From the human T2T-CHM13v2.0 reference genome, Homo sapiens: DNA of 64,000 nucleotides. This document shows, in pieces, positions 33,109 to 47,780 of the stretch (position 1 is its first letter; every line of letters begins with the position of its first letter). The DNA lies in NCBI RefSeq assembly GCF_009914755.1, contig NC_060934.1. One strand, 5' to 3'. The translations under genes were made by a program, and so were the position numbers. The notes under the pieces are model-generated. The model did no database searches. It was not told the DNA's origin and saw only the letters and a program-made list of their open reading frames with translations.

Positions 33109-35671
33109 GTTAAACTCATAAAAGCAGAGATCAGAATTGTATTTGCCAGGTGACATCAGCAATATGGCTAACTCGAGATGGCTGGTGCTCATTCTCCTCA
33201 AAAGAAAGGACCAAGACAATGAATAAACAGTTAAGATTTGACTGGAGTGCTGAAGGGACAGTGCCGGAGTGCAGTGGGAAAGTGGAGATGCATCTCCAGG
33301 AGGGCAGCATGGAGGCGTGTGGATTCTGCAGCCCATCTCTCTCCCAGATCATATCTGCCCAGAGTCAGGAGGGACTTCACATTTTGGGGAAAAGGTAAGC
33401 AGAAGATCCGATTCCCACTAGTCCCCATTGCCAAATACCTATAGTCCTTACTGCAGAAGGATCCCACAGTCCTTCCAAGTCCTGAATCCAGTTTGGAGAG
33501 CTGCCAGGAATTTGCACAGCTGTATTATCCAAATAGGGTGCCCTCCACATCCCTCATCCACCACCTGTGAGCCAAGCTCCTGTAGCATAGCAGAATCTTG
33601 AGACCAGAGCCACCTCTGGAATGCACCCTGCTCTGAGGGCTAGTAGTGACTACACCTCTCCATCTTCATTCCACCAAACCCACACATGGATGAATACCAG
33701 TGTGCCTGGAGCCCAGGACCCAGATTGGCTGTAACTCTGGTCATGAACAACCCCTATTACTGCACTTCCAGCTGGAGCAATAGTCTGGCAGCCCTGCCCA
33801 AGACAAACTCACTCTTGAGCCAGTCAAACCACTGTGTGCCCATCCCCAAGTGGGAGAGACCCCTGAGCCTCTGAACAGATGCTATGTTCGTGGGGCTGTG
33901 GAGCAGCTACATGTTCATGCTCAAGACCTGAGAAAGAGCCTGAAGTACCCCATTTGGCAGACACTCCCCAGGCATGGCTGAGTAGCATTGTACCCATGTG
34001 CCACACCTGAGAAACAGCCCTGGAGGGCTGCTCCTGGTGGGCATACCCCTGAACGGGCTGAACAGCCTTGCACTCATGCTCCAGACTGAGAAACAGCCCT
34101 GTAGGCCACCCCTGGTGGGCATACCCTAGGGCCATTTAAGCAGCCCTGTACCTGCATACTAGGCCTGAGACATAGCCCCATGGGTCACCCCTGCAGAAAC
34201 ACCCCCAGGGTGTTTCCCTCACCCTTTTCCTTCTCTATACTTCTGGAATACCCATATACTTAGGGAACACCCATAATATGAGTATTTGTTTTCTTAATGA
34301 TGTCCCATAAATCATGCAGACTTTCTTCATTCTTTTTAATTCTTTTTCTCTTTTTGTCTGTCTGTGTTATTTCAAAAGACTTGTCTTCAAGTTCAGAGAT
34401 TCTTTCTTCTGCTTGGTCTAGTGTTGCTGAAATTCTTGATTTTTTTTTATTTCATTGATTGAATTCTTCAGCTCTAGGATTTCTGTTTGGTTCTTTTTAC
34501 ACACACACGTGTATGTATATATATTATATGTACACATACATACATATATATACACATACATACATGTATATATATAATTTCTCATTTGAATCGTGAATTG
34601 TTTTTCTGATTTCAGTTAACTATCTGTTTTCCCTTATATCTCACTGAGTTTCCTTAAGTATTAATATTTGAAATTATTTTTCTGGCATTTCACATATTTC
34701 CTTATGATTGGGATCTGTTACTGGAGAATTATTGTTTTCCTTTGGAGGTGTCATGTTTCCTTGCTTTTACATGTGTGATGTGTCTGTTCCTACAGTGATT
34801 TCTATGCATCTGGTGGAAGAGTCACTTCTTCCAATTTTATGGAGTAGGTTTTGAAGGGAAATACTTATTCATATGAATGGGTCATAGAGTGTTGGTTTGG
34901 TTGGGATGTGTTGCCCTTGCTTCTAGGTGGATGCAGTAGTGTAGTCTCCATGTAGTTTCTTCATCTGTAATACACACTACTGATATTTATGAATGTCTCA
35001 GTGGCCTAGGCTGAGAATTTGTGGGGGTAGTGCCAGAGTGGGTTGCTGGGTTGTTTCTCACATTGGGAGAATGTGTATGTGTGTGTGCGCACATGGTGCA
35101 TTGGCCAACTTGGGTTCTGACTTGCTGAGATTGGAGCTGATACTCTGGCCAGGAGCTCAGGCACATGGTTGTTCAATCAGCCTGGGGCATGCCTGCCAGG
35201 AGTGGGCCATGGAGCTGTTTCTCAGGCCCAGGATGCAGGCACACTGCTGCTCAACTTGTGGGGTGTGTCTCCTGGGGCAGCCCAAGAGGCTGTTTCTCAG
35301 GCTCAGGATATGGTCACATGGTTTGTCAGCTGGCCTGTGGGTGTGTCTGCTGAGGGGGTGCCCATGGGGCTATTTCTGAGGTTTGGGATTTCGGTCCAAG
35401 GCTATCAGGCATCCCATGGAAGGGTCATGCCTATCAGTGGCATCCTACGGAAGAGGGGCTGAAAACTTGGGAGACAGATGAACATCCAGGTCCAGGAAGC
35501 TCAAAGAACCCCAAATACATTCAACCCGAATAGGTCCTCTCTGAGGCACATTATAGTCAAACTGTCAAAAGTCGAAGATAAAGAATTCTAAAGACAGCAA
35601 AATAAAAGCATCAAGTCATATATAAAAGAATCCACATTGGGCTAACAGCAGATTTCTCAGCAGAAACCTTA

Positions 35672-36363
<692 letters not shown>

Positions 36364-37867
36364 ATGACAGGAGTAAGTTCTCACCTATCAGTAGTAACAT
36401 TGAATGTAAATGGATTAAATCTCCCATTTAAAACATATAAACAGACTGAATGCATAAAATTTTTAAAAAGACATAACTATATGTTGCTTATAAGGAACTC
36501 ACCTTAACTGTAAAGACACACATAGACTGAAAGTGAAGAGGTGTGAAAATATACTCTTCACAAACAGAAACCAAAATTGAGCAGGATTAGCTACACTTAT
36601 ATCAGACAAAATAGATTTCAAGTCAAAAACTGTAAAAAGAGACAAAGGACATTATATAATAATAATGGGGTCAATTCTGCAAGAAAATATAATTGTAAAT
36701 ATATATGCACCCAGTAAGAGAGCACACAGATACATAAAGCAAATATTTGATTTAAAGGGAGAGATAGACCCCCAATACAATGATAGTTGAGGAATTCAAC
36801 ACCCCATTCTCAGCATTTTACAGATCATCTGGACAGAAAGCCAATAAAGAAACATCAAATTTAAATTATACCATAGACCAAATAGACCTAACAGACATTT
36901 ATAGAACATTTCACCCAACAGCTGCAGAATACACATTCTTTTCTTCAGCACATGGAACATTCTCTAGGATTGACCATATGTTAGGATACAAAAGAAGTCT
37001 AAGCAAATTAGAAAACACTGAAATCACATCAACTGTCTTATCTGACCACAATGTTATAAGAGAAACATTAGAAACTATGTGAACACATGGAAATTAAATA
37101 ACATGCTCCTGAACAACCAATGGGTGAAAGAAGAAATTAAGAAGGAAATTGAATAATTCCTTTAAACAAATGAAAATAGAAACACAACATACCAAAACCA
37201 ATGGGACACAGCAAAGGCAGTATTAAGAGGCAAGTATATAGCAATAAATGCCTACACCAAAAAATGAGAATAATTTCAAATAAACAATCTAATGATGAAT
37301 CTCAAAAACTAGAAAAGCTAGAACAAGCCAACCCCAAAATTAGAAGAAGAAAAGAATAAAAAAGTTTTGAGCAGAAGTAAATACAATTGGGTCTAGAAAA
37401 ACAATACAAAAGGTCAGTGAAATGAACAAACAAATCATTAGCTGGACTAAAAAAAACAGAGAGAAGATCCAAATAAATAAAACTAGAAATAAAAAAGGAG
37501 ATGTCACAACAGACAACACAGAAATACAAAGGATCATTAGAGGCTACTACGAACAACTATATAACAATAAATTCAAAAGCCTAGAGGAAATGGATAAATT
37601 CTTGGACACACACAGCTTACCAAGATTGAACCAAGAAGAAGTAGAAAACTTGAACATACCAATAAGTAATGATATCGACTCACTAATACAAAGTGTCCCC
37701 CACAAAAAGTCCAGGACTGCATTTGATTTACTGCTGACTTCTACCAAACCCAATTAATACAAATTTTCTCAAACTCTTCCAAAAAATTGAAACAGAGGGA
37801 ATTCTTCCTAAGCCTGCATAACCCTGATACCAAAACTAGACAAGAACATAACAAATAAAGAAAACTA

Positions 37868-38216
<349 letters not shown>

Positions 38217-40404
38217 TCAACAAAATACTAGCTAACCAATCCAACAACACATCAAAAAGATAATACATTATGATTAAGTGATGATATATCATGATTAATC
38301 ATCTGCACATTCCTGGGAAGTATCCAGGAGTACACAGATTTTCCAACATGTACAGATCAATAAGTGTCACATATTGCATCAGTAGAATGAAGGACAAAAA
38401 CCATATATGATCATCTCGATAGATGCAGAAAAAGCATTTGATAAATTCAACATCTCTTCATGATTAAAAACTCTCAATACATTTGATATAGAAAAAAAGT
38501 ACCTCAACATAATAAAAGGCCAATATGACAAACACTATACTGAACAGGAAAGGCTGAAAGCTTCTCCTCTAACAACTGGAACAAGAGAGGAACACCAATT
38601 CTCACCACTCTTATTCACCATAGTACTGAAAGCCCTAGTCAGAGCAAATTAGGTAAGAGATAGAAATAAAGGGCATCCAAATTGGAAAGGAGAAAGCAAA
38701 ATAGTTCCTGTTTGCAGACAACATAATTTTACATGTAAAAAAACCTAAAGATTCTACAAAAAAGTTCTTAGAACTAACAAGCAAATTGAGTTAAGTTGCA
38801 GATACAAAATCAATGTACAAAAATCAGTAGGGTTTCTGTACATAAACAATGAACTAGCTGAAAAAAAATCAAGAATGCAATCACATTTACAATAACTACC
38901 AAATAAATTCAATCGAGGGGAAAGATCTTCAAAAGGAAAGCTACAAAGCACAGAGGAAAGAAATAGAAGATAGAAGCAAATGAAAAGACACCCCATGCCC
39001 ATAGATTAGAAGAATTAATATTGTTAAAATGAACATACTACCCAAAGCAATCCACAGATTCAATACAATTCCTATAAAAATACCAATGACATTCTTCACA
39101 AAAGTGGGAAAAAATTCCTAAAATTTGTATGGAACCACAAAAGACCCAGAATAGCCAAAGCAATCCTGAAGAAAAAAGAAAAGTTGGAGACATCACACTA
39201 CCAGACTTCAAAATATGCTACAAAGCTATAGTAACCAAAATAGCATTGAACTGGCATAAGAACAGACAAAGACCAATGCATGAAATAGACAACCCAGAAA
39301 TTAATTCATATACCTACAGCCAACTGATTTTTGACACTGGAGAAAGGACAGTCTCTTCAATAAATGGTTCTGGGAAAACTGAACATCCATATCCCCCAGC
39401 TATTACACTATGTAAAAATCAACTCAAAATGGATCAAAGACCCAAATGTAAGAGCTGAAACTATAAAAGTACTGGGAGAAAACAGGGGAAATACTTGAGG
39501 ACATTTGTGTTAGAAAATATGTTATGAACAAGACTTCAAAAGCACAGGCAACAAAACCAAAAATAAACAAATGGGGATTATATCAAACTAAAAAGCTTCT
39601 GCATAGCAAAGGAAACAATCAACAGAGTCAAAAAGCAGCCTATGGAATGAGAGAAAATATTAGTAAACTATTCTTCTGACTTGGAATTAATACCCATAAT
39701 ATACAAGGAACTCAAACATCTCACTAGCCAAAAAAATAAAAAATAAAAAAATAAACAATCTTACCATTTATTTGATGAAAAAATGGGCAAGTAATCTCAA
39801 CAGTCATTTCTAGACAGAAGGCATATATATGGCCAACAGAGAAATATTAAAAAATGCTCAACATCACTAATCATCAGGGAAATGCAAATCAAAATCACAA
39901 TGAAGTATCATCTTACCCCTCTTAGGATGGCTGTTATCAAAAAGACAAAAAATAACAAATGCTGGTGAGAATGCAGAGAAAGGGACACTCTTGATGGGAA
40001 TGTAAACTTGTCTAGCCGTTATGGAGAACAGTATGAAGGTTCCTCGAAAAACTGCAAATAGAACTACCATATGATTCAGCAATCCCACTACTGGGCATTT
40101 ATCCAAAGGAAAGGAAATCAGTATATTGAAGAGATGTCTGCACCCCCATGTTTACTGCAGCACTGTTCACAATAGCCAAGATATAGAATCAACCTAGATG
40201 TCTAACAACAGTTGAATGGAGAAAGAAAATGTGGTATATATACACAATAAAATACTATTCAGCTATAAAAAAGAATGAAATCCTGTCATTTGCAGCAACA
40301 GGCATGGAGCTGAAGGACATTATGTTAAGTGAAATAACCCAGGAAAAGAAAGTGAACACAGTGTGTTTTCATTCATATGTGGTAGCTAAAAAAAAGTTGA
40401 TCTT

Positions 40405-40824
<420 letters not shown>

Positions 40825-41579
40825 CTAGTGTTCTATATTCTATACCATTGTAGGATGACTGTAGTTAACAATAGTGCATAGTTTCAAATAGCTGGAAGGA
40901 GGATATTGAATGTCCCCAACACAAAGAAATGATAAATGTTTGAGATGACAGATATGCTGATTACCCTGATCTGATCTGTATACATCATATGTATGGAAAC
41001 ATCATTATGTACCCCATATATGGGTACAATTATTATGTGTCAATTTTAAAAAAGTATAAATAAAGAACTGTAGTTGCCGGGAACTGGGGAGTAGGGAAAT
41101 GGGGAGATGTTAGTCAAAGGGTACAAAGATTCAGTTATTCAGAATGAATAATTTCTGGGTATCTAATGTACAATATGATGACCATAGCTAATACTGTATA
41201 CTTGAAATTTGCTAAGATAGTTATCTTAAGTGTTCTCACTACACAAAAGAATTGTAACTATGTGAGTTGACAGATATGTTGATTGGCTTGATTGTGATTC
41301 TCATTTTACAATGTATATGTATATCAAAATCATATTGTACACTTAAATATTTACAATTTTTATTTGTCATGTATACCTCAATAAAGCTGGAAAAATTAAA
41401 ATGTAGAAAACTTATAACTATATAAATTGCTTTACACTGTCCATGCTATAATTGTCATATATGTTACATCTGTATGCATTGAAAGCCCTACCAGATGTAG
41501 TAATTTTGATCTTAAAATCAATCATATTTTAAAGAACTCATAAGGAAAAAATATATTTACCCTCGTTATAGATACCCAA

Positions 41580-41925
41580 GTGTTGGTTGAATTGTGCCCT
41601 TCAAAAAATAGATATGTTGGAGTCCTAACCCCCAGTACCTCAGAATGTGCTTATTTGGGGATAAGGGCTTTATAGAGGTAATCAAGTTAAAATGAGGTCT
41701 TTAGGAAGGCCTCTGTCCAATATGAAATAGGAAAAATTTGGGCACAAAGATACAAGCACAGGGAGAACGCCATGTGAAGACGAAGGCAGAGATCGGGGGG
41801 ATGCATCTCCGCTGACACCTTGATCTTAGACTTCTAGCCTCCAGAATGATGAGACAAACATTTTCTATTGCTTATGCCACCCAGTGTGTGGTACTTTGTT
41901 ATGGCAGCCTTAGCCAATGAGTATG
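41580..41925 (+). mobile_element. MLT1 (MLT1B/C-like) LTR
   Basis: ttgaattgtgcccttcaaaa...agtcctaacccccagtacctcagaatgtg...gacttctagcctccagaa...gtggtactttgttatggcagcc. Confidence 0.8.
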
Positions 41926-42087
41926 CTAAATATTTCCCATTTCTGTTGTTACTCCCTCATTCCTGAGGTCTCAAGCTTCCCTCTTATTTTTCCCTTCAGA
42001 CTGAGCAACTTCCTTTAGTGTTTCTATTGATTTATCTTCAGATTCACTGAATTTTTCCTCTGTCTTCTCTGTTTTTGCTACTGAGCC

Positions 42088-42545
42088 TGTAATGGGTTGA
42101 ATAGTGTTCCCCACAAACTCATGTTGAACCAGAGCCTTAGAATATGACTTTATTTGGAAATAGGATCTTTGCAGATGTAATTAGTTACGGATCTCAAGAT
42201 GAAATCATCCTGGATTTAGGGTGGGTTCTACATCCAGTGACTTTTTGTCTTTATAAGGAAAGAAGAGGGAGATTTGGATAGGAAAAGCATAGAAGGAAGA
42301 AGGCCATGTAAAGATGGAGACAGATATTGGACTGATGCTGCCACAAGCCAAGGAATGCAAAAAGCCACAAGGAGCTGGAAGAGGGAAGGAAGAATTCTGC
42401 CTTAGAACTTTCGAAGGGCATGTGACCCCACTGATACCTTGATTTCAGACCTCTAGCCTCCAAGGCTGTGGGAGAATATGTGTCTATTATTTTAAGCCAC
42501 TCAGTTTGTGGTAATTTGTTACAGCATCCCTAGGAGACCCATACA
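42088..42545 (+). mobile_element. MLT1C-like solo LTR
   Basis: tgtaatgggttgaatagtg...ttttaagccactcagtttgtggtaatttgttacagc...ataca; perfect 5-bp TSD gagcc (42083-42087, 42546-42550). Confidence 0.88.
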
Positions 42546-43873
42546 GAGCCTTTCCAGTGAGATTTAATTTTTTGAATGAATTTTTTAGTTTTAAGATTTG
42601 GCATTCAGTTCTTCTTTAGCATGTCTATTTCAGAGAACTTCTATCTTTTAAATTACTTAATGAATACTTACCTTTACCTCTTGCAACCTGGTTATAATAG
42701 TTACTTTAAACTCTGTCAGATAATTAATTCTAACATCTCAAGTTAAACATCTGTTCATCATTTCTCCCTTCCCAGCATTTAGCTGGATCTTTGTATGTTG
42801 AGCAATTCTGGATTCTGTCTTGGACATTATGATTATTACTCTTGGTCCTGTGAAAATCTGTTTGGTTTATGTTCACAGGAAATCAACCTAGTAGTTGGTT
42901 TCAAATCACAGGTCTCATCTCCCCTTCTGTAACCAGTGTTTTGATGTTGGGGGTATGAACCTTGGCAGGATCCTGCCTGCCATTGGTCACACGCATGCAC
43001 AGGTCACAGGTGGGCCTGGGACTTACACCTGATCAGACACAAGGCTTAGAGGATTCCCTTCTCCAGCTCTTTTCTCTTTGGGTTCCCGTATGTAATCTTG
43101 GTCTCCCAGGGACCCATTGTCCCATTCCTCTGGACAGAAAGATAGGTTTCTTTTAGAGTTTTAGTTACCCATGATCCTGCCACCAGTTCTGCATGACTGA
43201 TTCAGTCCCTGGGCAGAGTGGTAAGGTAAAAGAGCAAAAAAAAAGACAGTAAGAGTCCTGAAATCCCTCCCCGGCTCTGCCCTTTAGAGCACAGGGTCTT
43301 TCTTTCCCTGTTCCTACTGCCAGAAAAGACCTTTTTTTTCCTCCTCAAAGTTGTAGCTGCCTATACGGCTACTGCACATTTCCCTATTTGGGGCCACTCT
43401 AGTGGCAGGGTGAGGAGAGTAAAAACAAGACAAATAAGAAAAAATGTTCAGAGAGTTTCTCCACATTTCCTAGCTCACAGTGGACCTCTCCACCATTCTC
43501 TGTCAAAAGAGGGAGCTTCACCCTCTGAGTTGCTCATACCGGCTGGGGTGCTCAGTTCCACAACTGAGGCCTTCCGTGGATCAAACGTGAGAGACAAAAG
43601 AGGAAAAAAATCAATAGGAAACTCTCTCATGAGGCTTTCTTCCTCAATTTTTGTTTTCCCTTTCCACTCTCCCTGTTACTGTCTGCCTTTCAGATAGCTG
43701 CTTTTTGAATTTTCCAGATGTTTTAGTTGTGCTGTTTAGTTGGACCGAGAGGCTGTAATAGACTTGCTCCATCTTGCTTGGCATCGGGAGTGGGTCTATC
43801 TTTTAAAATTTCTTTTGTTTATCTTTCATTTCTACATGATTGGACAAAGGGGTGCTTCAAAGTCTTGAGTTTA

Positions 43874-43992
43874 AGCCACGCACAGTGGCGTAGGCCTGTA
43901 GACCCAGCTACCTGGGAGGATTGCTTGAGGCCCAGGAGTTTGAGGCCAGCCTGGGCCACATAGCAAGTCTCCATCTCTAAGAAAAGAAGAAG
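43874..43992 (+). mobile_element. FLAM (Alu monomer)
   Basis: ggaggattgcttgaggcccaggagtttgaggccagcctggg plus A-rich tail. Confidence 0.8.
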
Positions 43993-44756
43993 CATAAACT
44001 TAGAGTGCCATCATCAACTGAAAATATTTGGTGCTTAAAATCAAAACTGTTATTTAATTTTTTTGAATATATGTAACACTAACAGAAAAGATTCCTCTCA
44101 AAGACTTTGCAGTGTATAGAAGTTATTGGAAGTTATGTTTTGATGATTATATGATCATTGTCTAGCATGGAATCTGGCGTATTGAAGATGAAAACTATTT
44201 TTATGAAGTTAAGGCTCTAGCATTCATTCTGGTCAAATATTCTGGTTGCACAAAATAGAAAACAACTCCAAGAGGCTGAAGTAAAAGGGGAAGTAGTTGT
44301 GTGGGCTCTGAAATCTCATGGAATCCAAGAAAAAGAAGCAAGAGGTTCATCTCAACTTCCTAGCAACAACATTTGGAATTTGGAGTGCTAGGAGAAACCA
44401 AGGCAGCTTCTTTCCCATACATACATATATATATATATAATTTTTTTTTTTTGGTGGGGAGGCTTGCATGATTCCTTACATTTATTACTCTCTATTTGCT
44501 TAATCCTCTTTCTCCACAAAGTTATCAGCTTCTTAGTGACAGTACTGAGTTACTGCATCCATCTTGCCCAAAGCCAGCTCTGCCTCAGGTTAAAATAAAT
44601 TTCATTTATGTGAATCAATCCATTTTCTGTTATATTTTAGGCACTTTGGGTTGGCTCGAATTGCAGAAGAAATCACCCTAAAAAACCATTCACCTCTTTA
44701 TCCTATTCAAGCTTCCATCAGCTTTGAGATTCCAACTCTCTTCTCTTTCTCTAGAT

Positions 44757-44991
44757 TTATTTTTTTATTTTTTATTTTATTTATTTTTTTGAGACAGAGT
44801 CTTGCTCTGTTGCCCAGGCTGGAGTGCAGTGGTGCAATCTTGGCTCACTGCAACCTTCGCCTCCCAGGTTCAAGTAATCCTCCCGCCTCAGCCTCTTGAG
44901 TAGCTGGGATTACAGGCACACGCCACCTTTCCCAGCTAATTTTTGTATTTTTAGTAGAGAAAGGGTTTCACCGTGTTGGCCAGGCTGGTCT
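44757..44991 (-). mobile_element. AluS, 5'-truncated
   Basis: (TTTTA)n tail and right arm; ends at caggctggtct. Confidence 0.88.
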
Positions 44992-45009
44992 GAGCACCAA
45001 TTAAACCCA

Positions 45010-45210
45010 ACACTGTCTTATGTATTTTCCATGTATTCACACATTTAATCTTTGAGGATATGCATGAGATATGTGAAATTATTTCCCCTTTTTCCATATG
45101 AGGAAACTGAAGTCTAGAGAAGTTAAGTAAATATAGTTATGAAATGGCAGAAGCAGGACCAGAACTCAGGTTTCTCTTACTCTAAAGCCTAAATTCTTAA
45201 CGACTTCACT
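45010..45210 (-). mobile_element. MIR
   Basis: atgaggaaactgaagtctagagaagttaagtaa...ggcagaagcaggaccagaactcagg. Confidence 0.7.
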
Positions 45211-45348
45211 TGAATGCCTCCCAGAAACTATCAGGCCGTGGTCCTTTTACCAAGGAAGAGTTTGTGCTTTGTGTTATCAATTAGGAAAAATGGGGAAAAA
45301 AAGATCATTTCCAGGGAGCAGTGAGAGCCAGACCATCTCTTAAATATG

Positions 45349-45357
45349 TCTGTGTGC

Positions 45358-45388
<31 letters not shown>

Positions 45389-45390
45389 TG
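45349..45390. repeat. (TG)n microsatellite
   Basis: Directly visible. Confidence 0.95.
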
Positions 45391-46994
45391 GGTGTATATG
45401 CTTCAGGCGTGGCGTCTCCATGGTTTCTTTGAGTAAATGTGAAAGGTGATTTACCTTACCTAATTAGATTAATGGAATATTAGCTTAAGAGTTATTAATG
45501 TTGGTGACAAATATCTCCTTCATACCCAGTGGCTCTAGCTCACCTGTTATACCTGAGAACAAGTAAGCATTGCTCACCATAACTGTTTCAAGGTTTGCTT
45601 TTGCTCATGCTTCTGGACAAAGCAGACAAGATAATTCACCTGGATGTGGTGGAAAAGGTCACTGCTTTGTGAGGACTGACTTGGAAGACTGTGGTAGGTG
45701 ATGTTAAACTTTGTGTGTACACACAAGCTCTCAAAAGTCACATTGTAGTGGCAACACAAACATGCCCTGCAGGGTGGCACACCAGCGAAGAGCCAGCTGG
45801 GAGCCCAATCTTTCTTGGCATCCTCAAGGTTGAGTTGATCCTAGTACCAAGTGCTGTCTTTTTGGTATTGGCCAGAAGCCCTTGCAGAGATAGAAAACAC
45901 CTGGCTTAATTTTCCGGGCTGGGGCAGGATGGGTTAGCACGTTAGAAAGAGATAAAGGCGATGGCAGGACTCATCGCTTGTTTTTGTGAATACAGCAAGA
46001 CTGATCCAGCAGTCAAATGATGAACATGGTAGGTGGTGAATAAGGCAGCTCCTTACAGCACCCCTGGAGTTGATGCTTTTCTTTTGGCTTCCATTAACCT
46101 TCAATAACGATGGGATTCCCAAGGGCTTCAGCACAGGTACAAAGAAGTGGAGGAATTAAGTAATAGCTTAGAGGAAGCAATAGAGTTTTCCCTATTGACT
46201 CCCCCCTTCCCCTTGTCAGCAATACAGTGAGTTGACAGATGATTGTAGCTTACTGCAGCATTTGGTTCCAGCTGTGCACACGGCATGAGTAGTAGCGGGA
46301 ACATTGCATTCCCCACCTGTTCATCATGTTCAGACTAGCAAGTGTGTGTTTAAGTTCAGGCTGTGTCGGGGGCAGGGGTGGGTGGGTGGGGGGGTGGCCT
46401 GTGTTTATGTGTGTGTGTGACCAAATTGCTTCTATCTGTGAGGATTTTGTCACAGCCTAGGAGTCCAGGCTAAATGAGTCATGTTTTCTTTTTCTTAGAC
46501 AGTCAAGTCTTTTTTTTTCAAAAAGTAAGCAATTAATATTCTCTCCCAGCCAGCTCCCTCACTTTTGTTAGATGAAGTCACCATCAAAGACATAGAAGCC
46601 AAGACAAATTTTGGTATTGCCTGATACTTTAGTTTCAGATATAACATGAGGACAGATGATTTATCTTAAGAAGCTTTCTTTTATTGGCAAATTACCTAGC
46701 TGATAGTTATAAATTTATCTTCCTCTACTTACATATTCCTTTTAGGAAAAAAGAGAATGAGAGAATCCTATACTTATATCCTTGAACTAGTTAAGCTACC
46801 TCAACTATTAAGAAATCCTGATTTTGGAATAAAATGCTAGCCATCGTAGTCACCAACTTCACCAACTTCTGGGCCCCTCTTGCCTCTTTGATAGCTTCAG
46901 TGTAAGTAGAATTCATTCATTCATACATTCATCCATCACACATTTATCAAGTATCCATGCTCTGTGTGTTATATTTTGGTATTTATTGAATTAC

Positions 46995-47095
46995 TCATGC
47001 ACTTGTTAAAAATGCAAACACCCAGGCCCCGCCTTCATCCTACTGAATCAGAATCTCCAAGGAGTAGGTACTAGAAATATGATTTTTAAAAAGCC
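46995..47095. mobile_element. MER5A-like hAT fragment
   Basis: cttgttaaaaatgcaaacacccaggccccgcc...cctactgaatcagaatctcc. Confidence 0.65.
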
Positions 47096-47589
47096 TGTTT
47101 TAGAGATGCTCTAGGAATAGAGATGAAAAGGACAGTCCTTTCTACCTGCTAGATCATCATACAAATGAATAGATAAGCTAGAGCAAGAAAAGTCCATCTA
47201 AGCCATGATAAAATATGTATGGCACCCATGAGAGAGAGAGGTTGCTTCTACTAGGAGGAGGAGGGGTTGCCTAACCAGTTGGTGTAGTGCTTGCTCTCCA
47301 TCAGCTTGGCTGTTGGGGAATGGTCAGTCTCCTAGAGTGTATGTGACGTTGCCTCCAAGAGTGGGCATTAGATACAGAAAGAGGGAATACATCTTGCCTT
47401 GTACTGTCCTAATCTAGTAGACATCAATGGACTGAAAGGACAGGGCTAGAAGGAGGATGTGCTAACTTGTCAATGTGCTCATTTCTGATGAACATTTTGC
47501 AGGTTTCTCTTTGGCAGTGCGATCAAGGCTGGAGATTCACAGTAAGGAACTTAGAAAGCTCATTGGGCTTACCACCAGGAAAAATAGAG

Positions 47590-47780
47590 TTCGGCTCTGT
47601 CCTTGCCACTTATTAGCTGGACAGTTTACTTAGTCTGTTGCCTAGTTTCCTCCATCTACAAAGGCAGATAATAAAATCTACATTATGGGATTGTTTTGGG
47701 AATTATATAATATATAGTACATAAACTGCTTGGCATTGTGCCTAGCATGTGGTTGGTGCTAATAGGTACTATTTATTTTT
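47590..47780 (+). mobile_element. MIR
   Basis: gccacttattagctgg...cctagtttcctccatctacaaag...gtgcctagcatgtggttggtgctaata. Confidence 0.7.
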
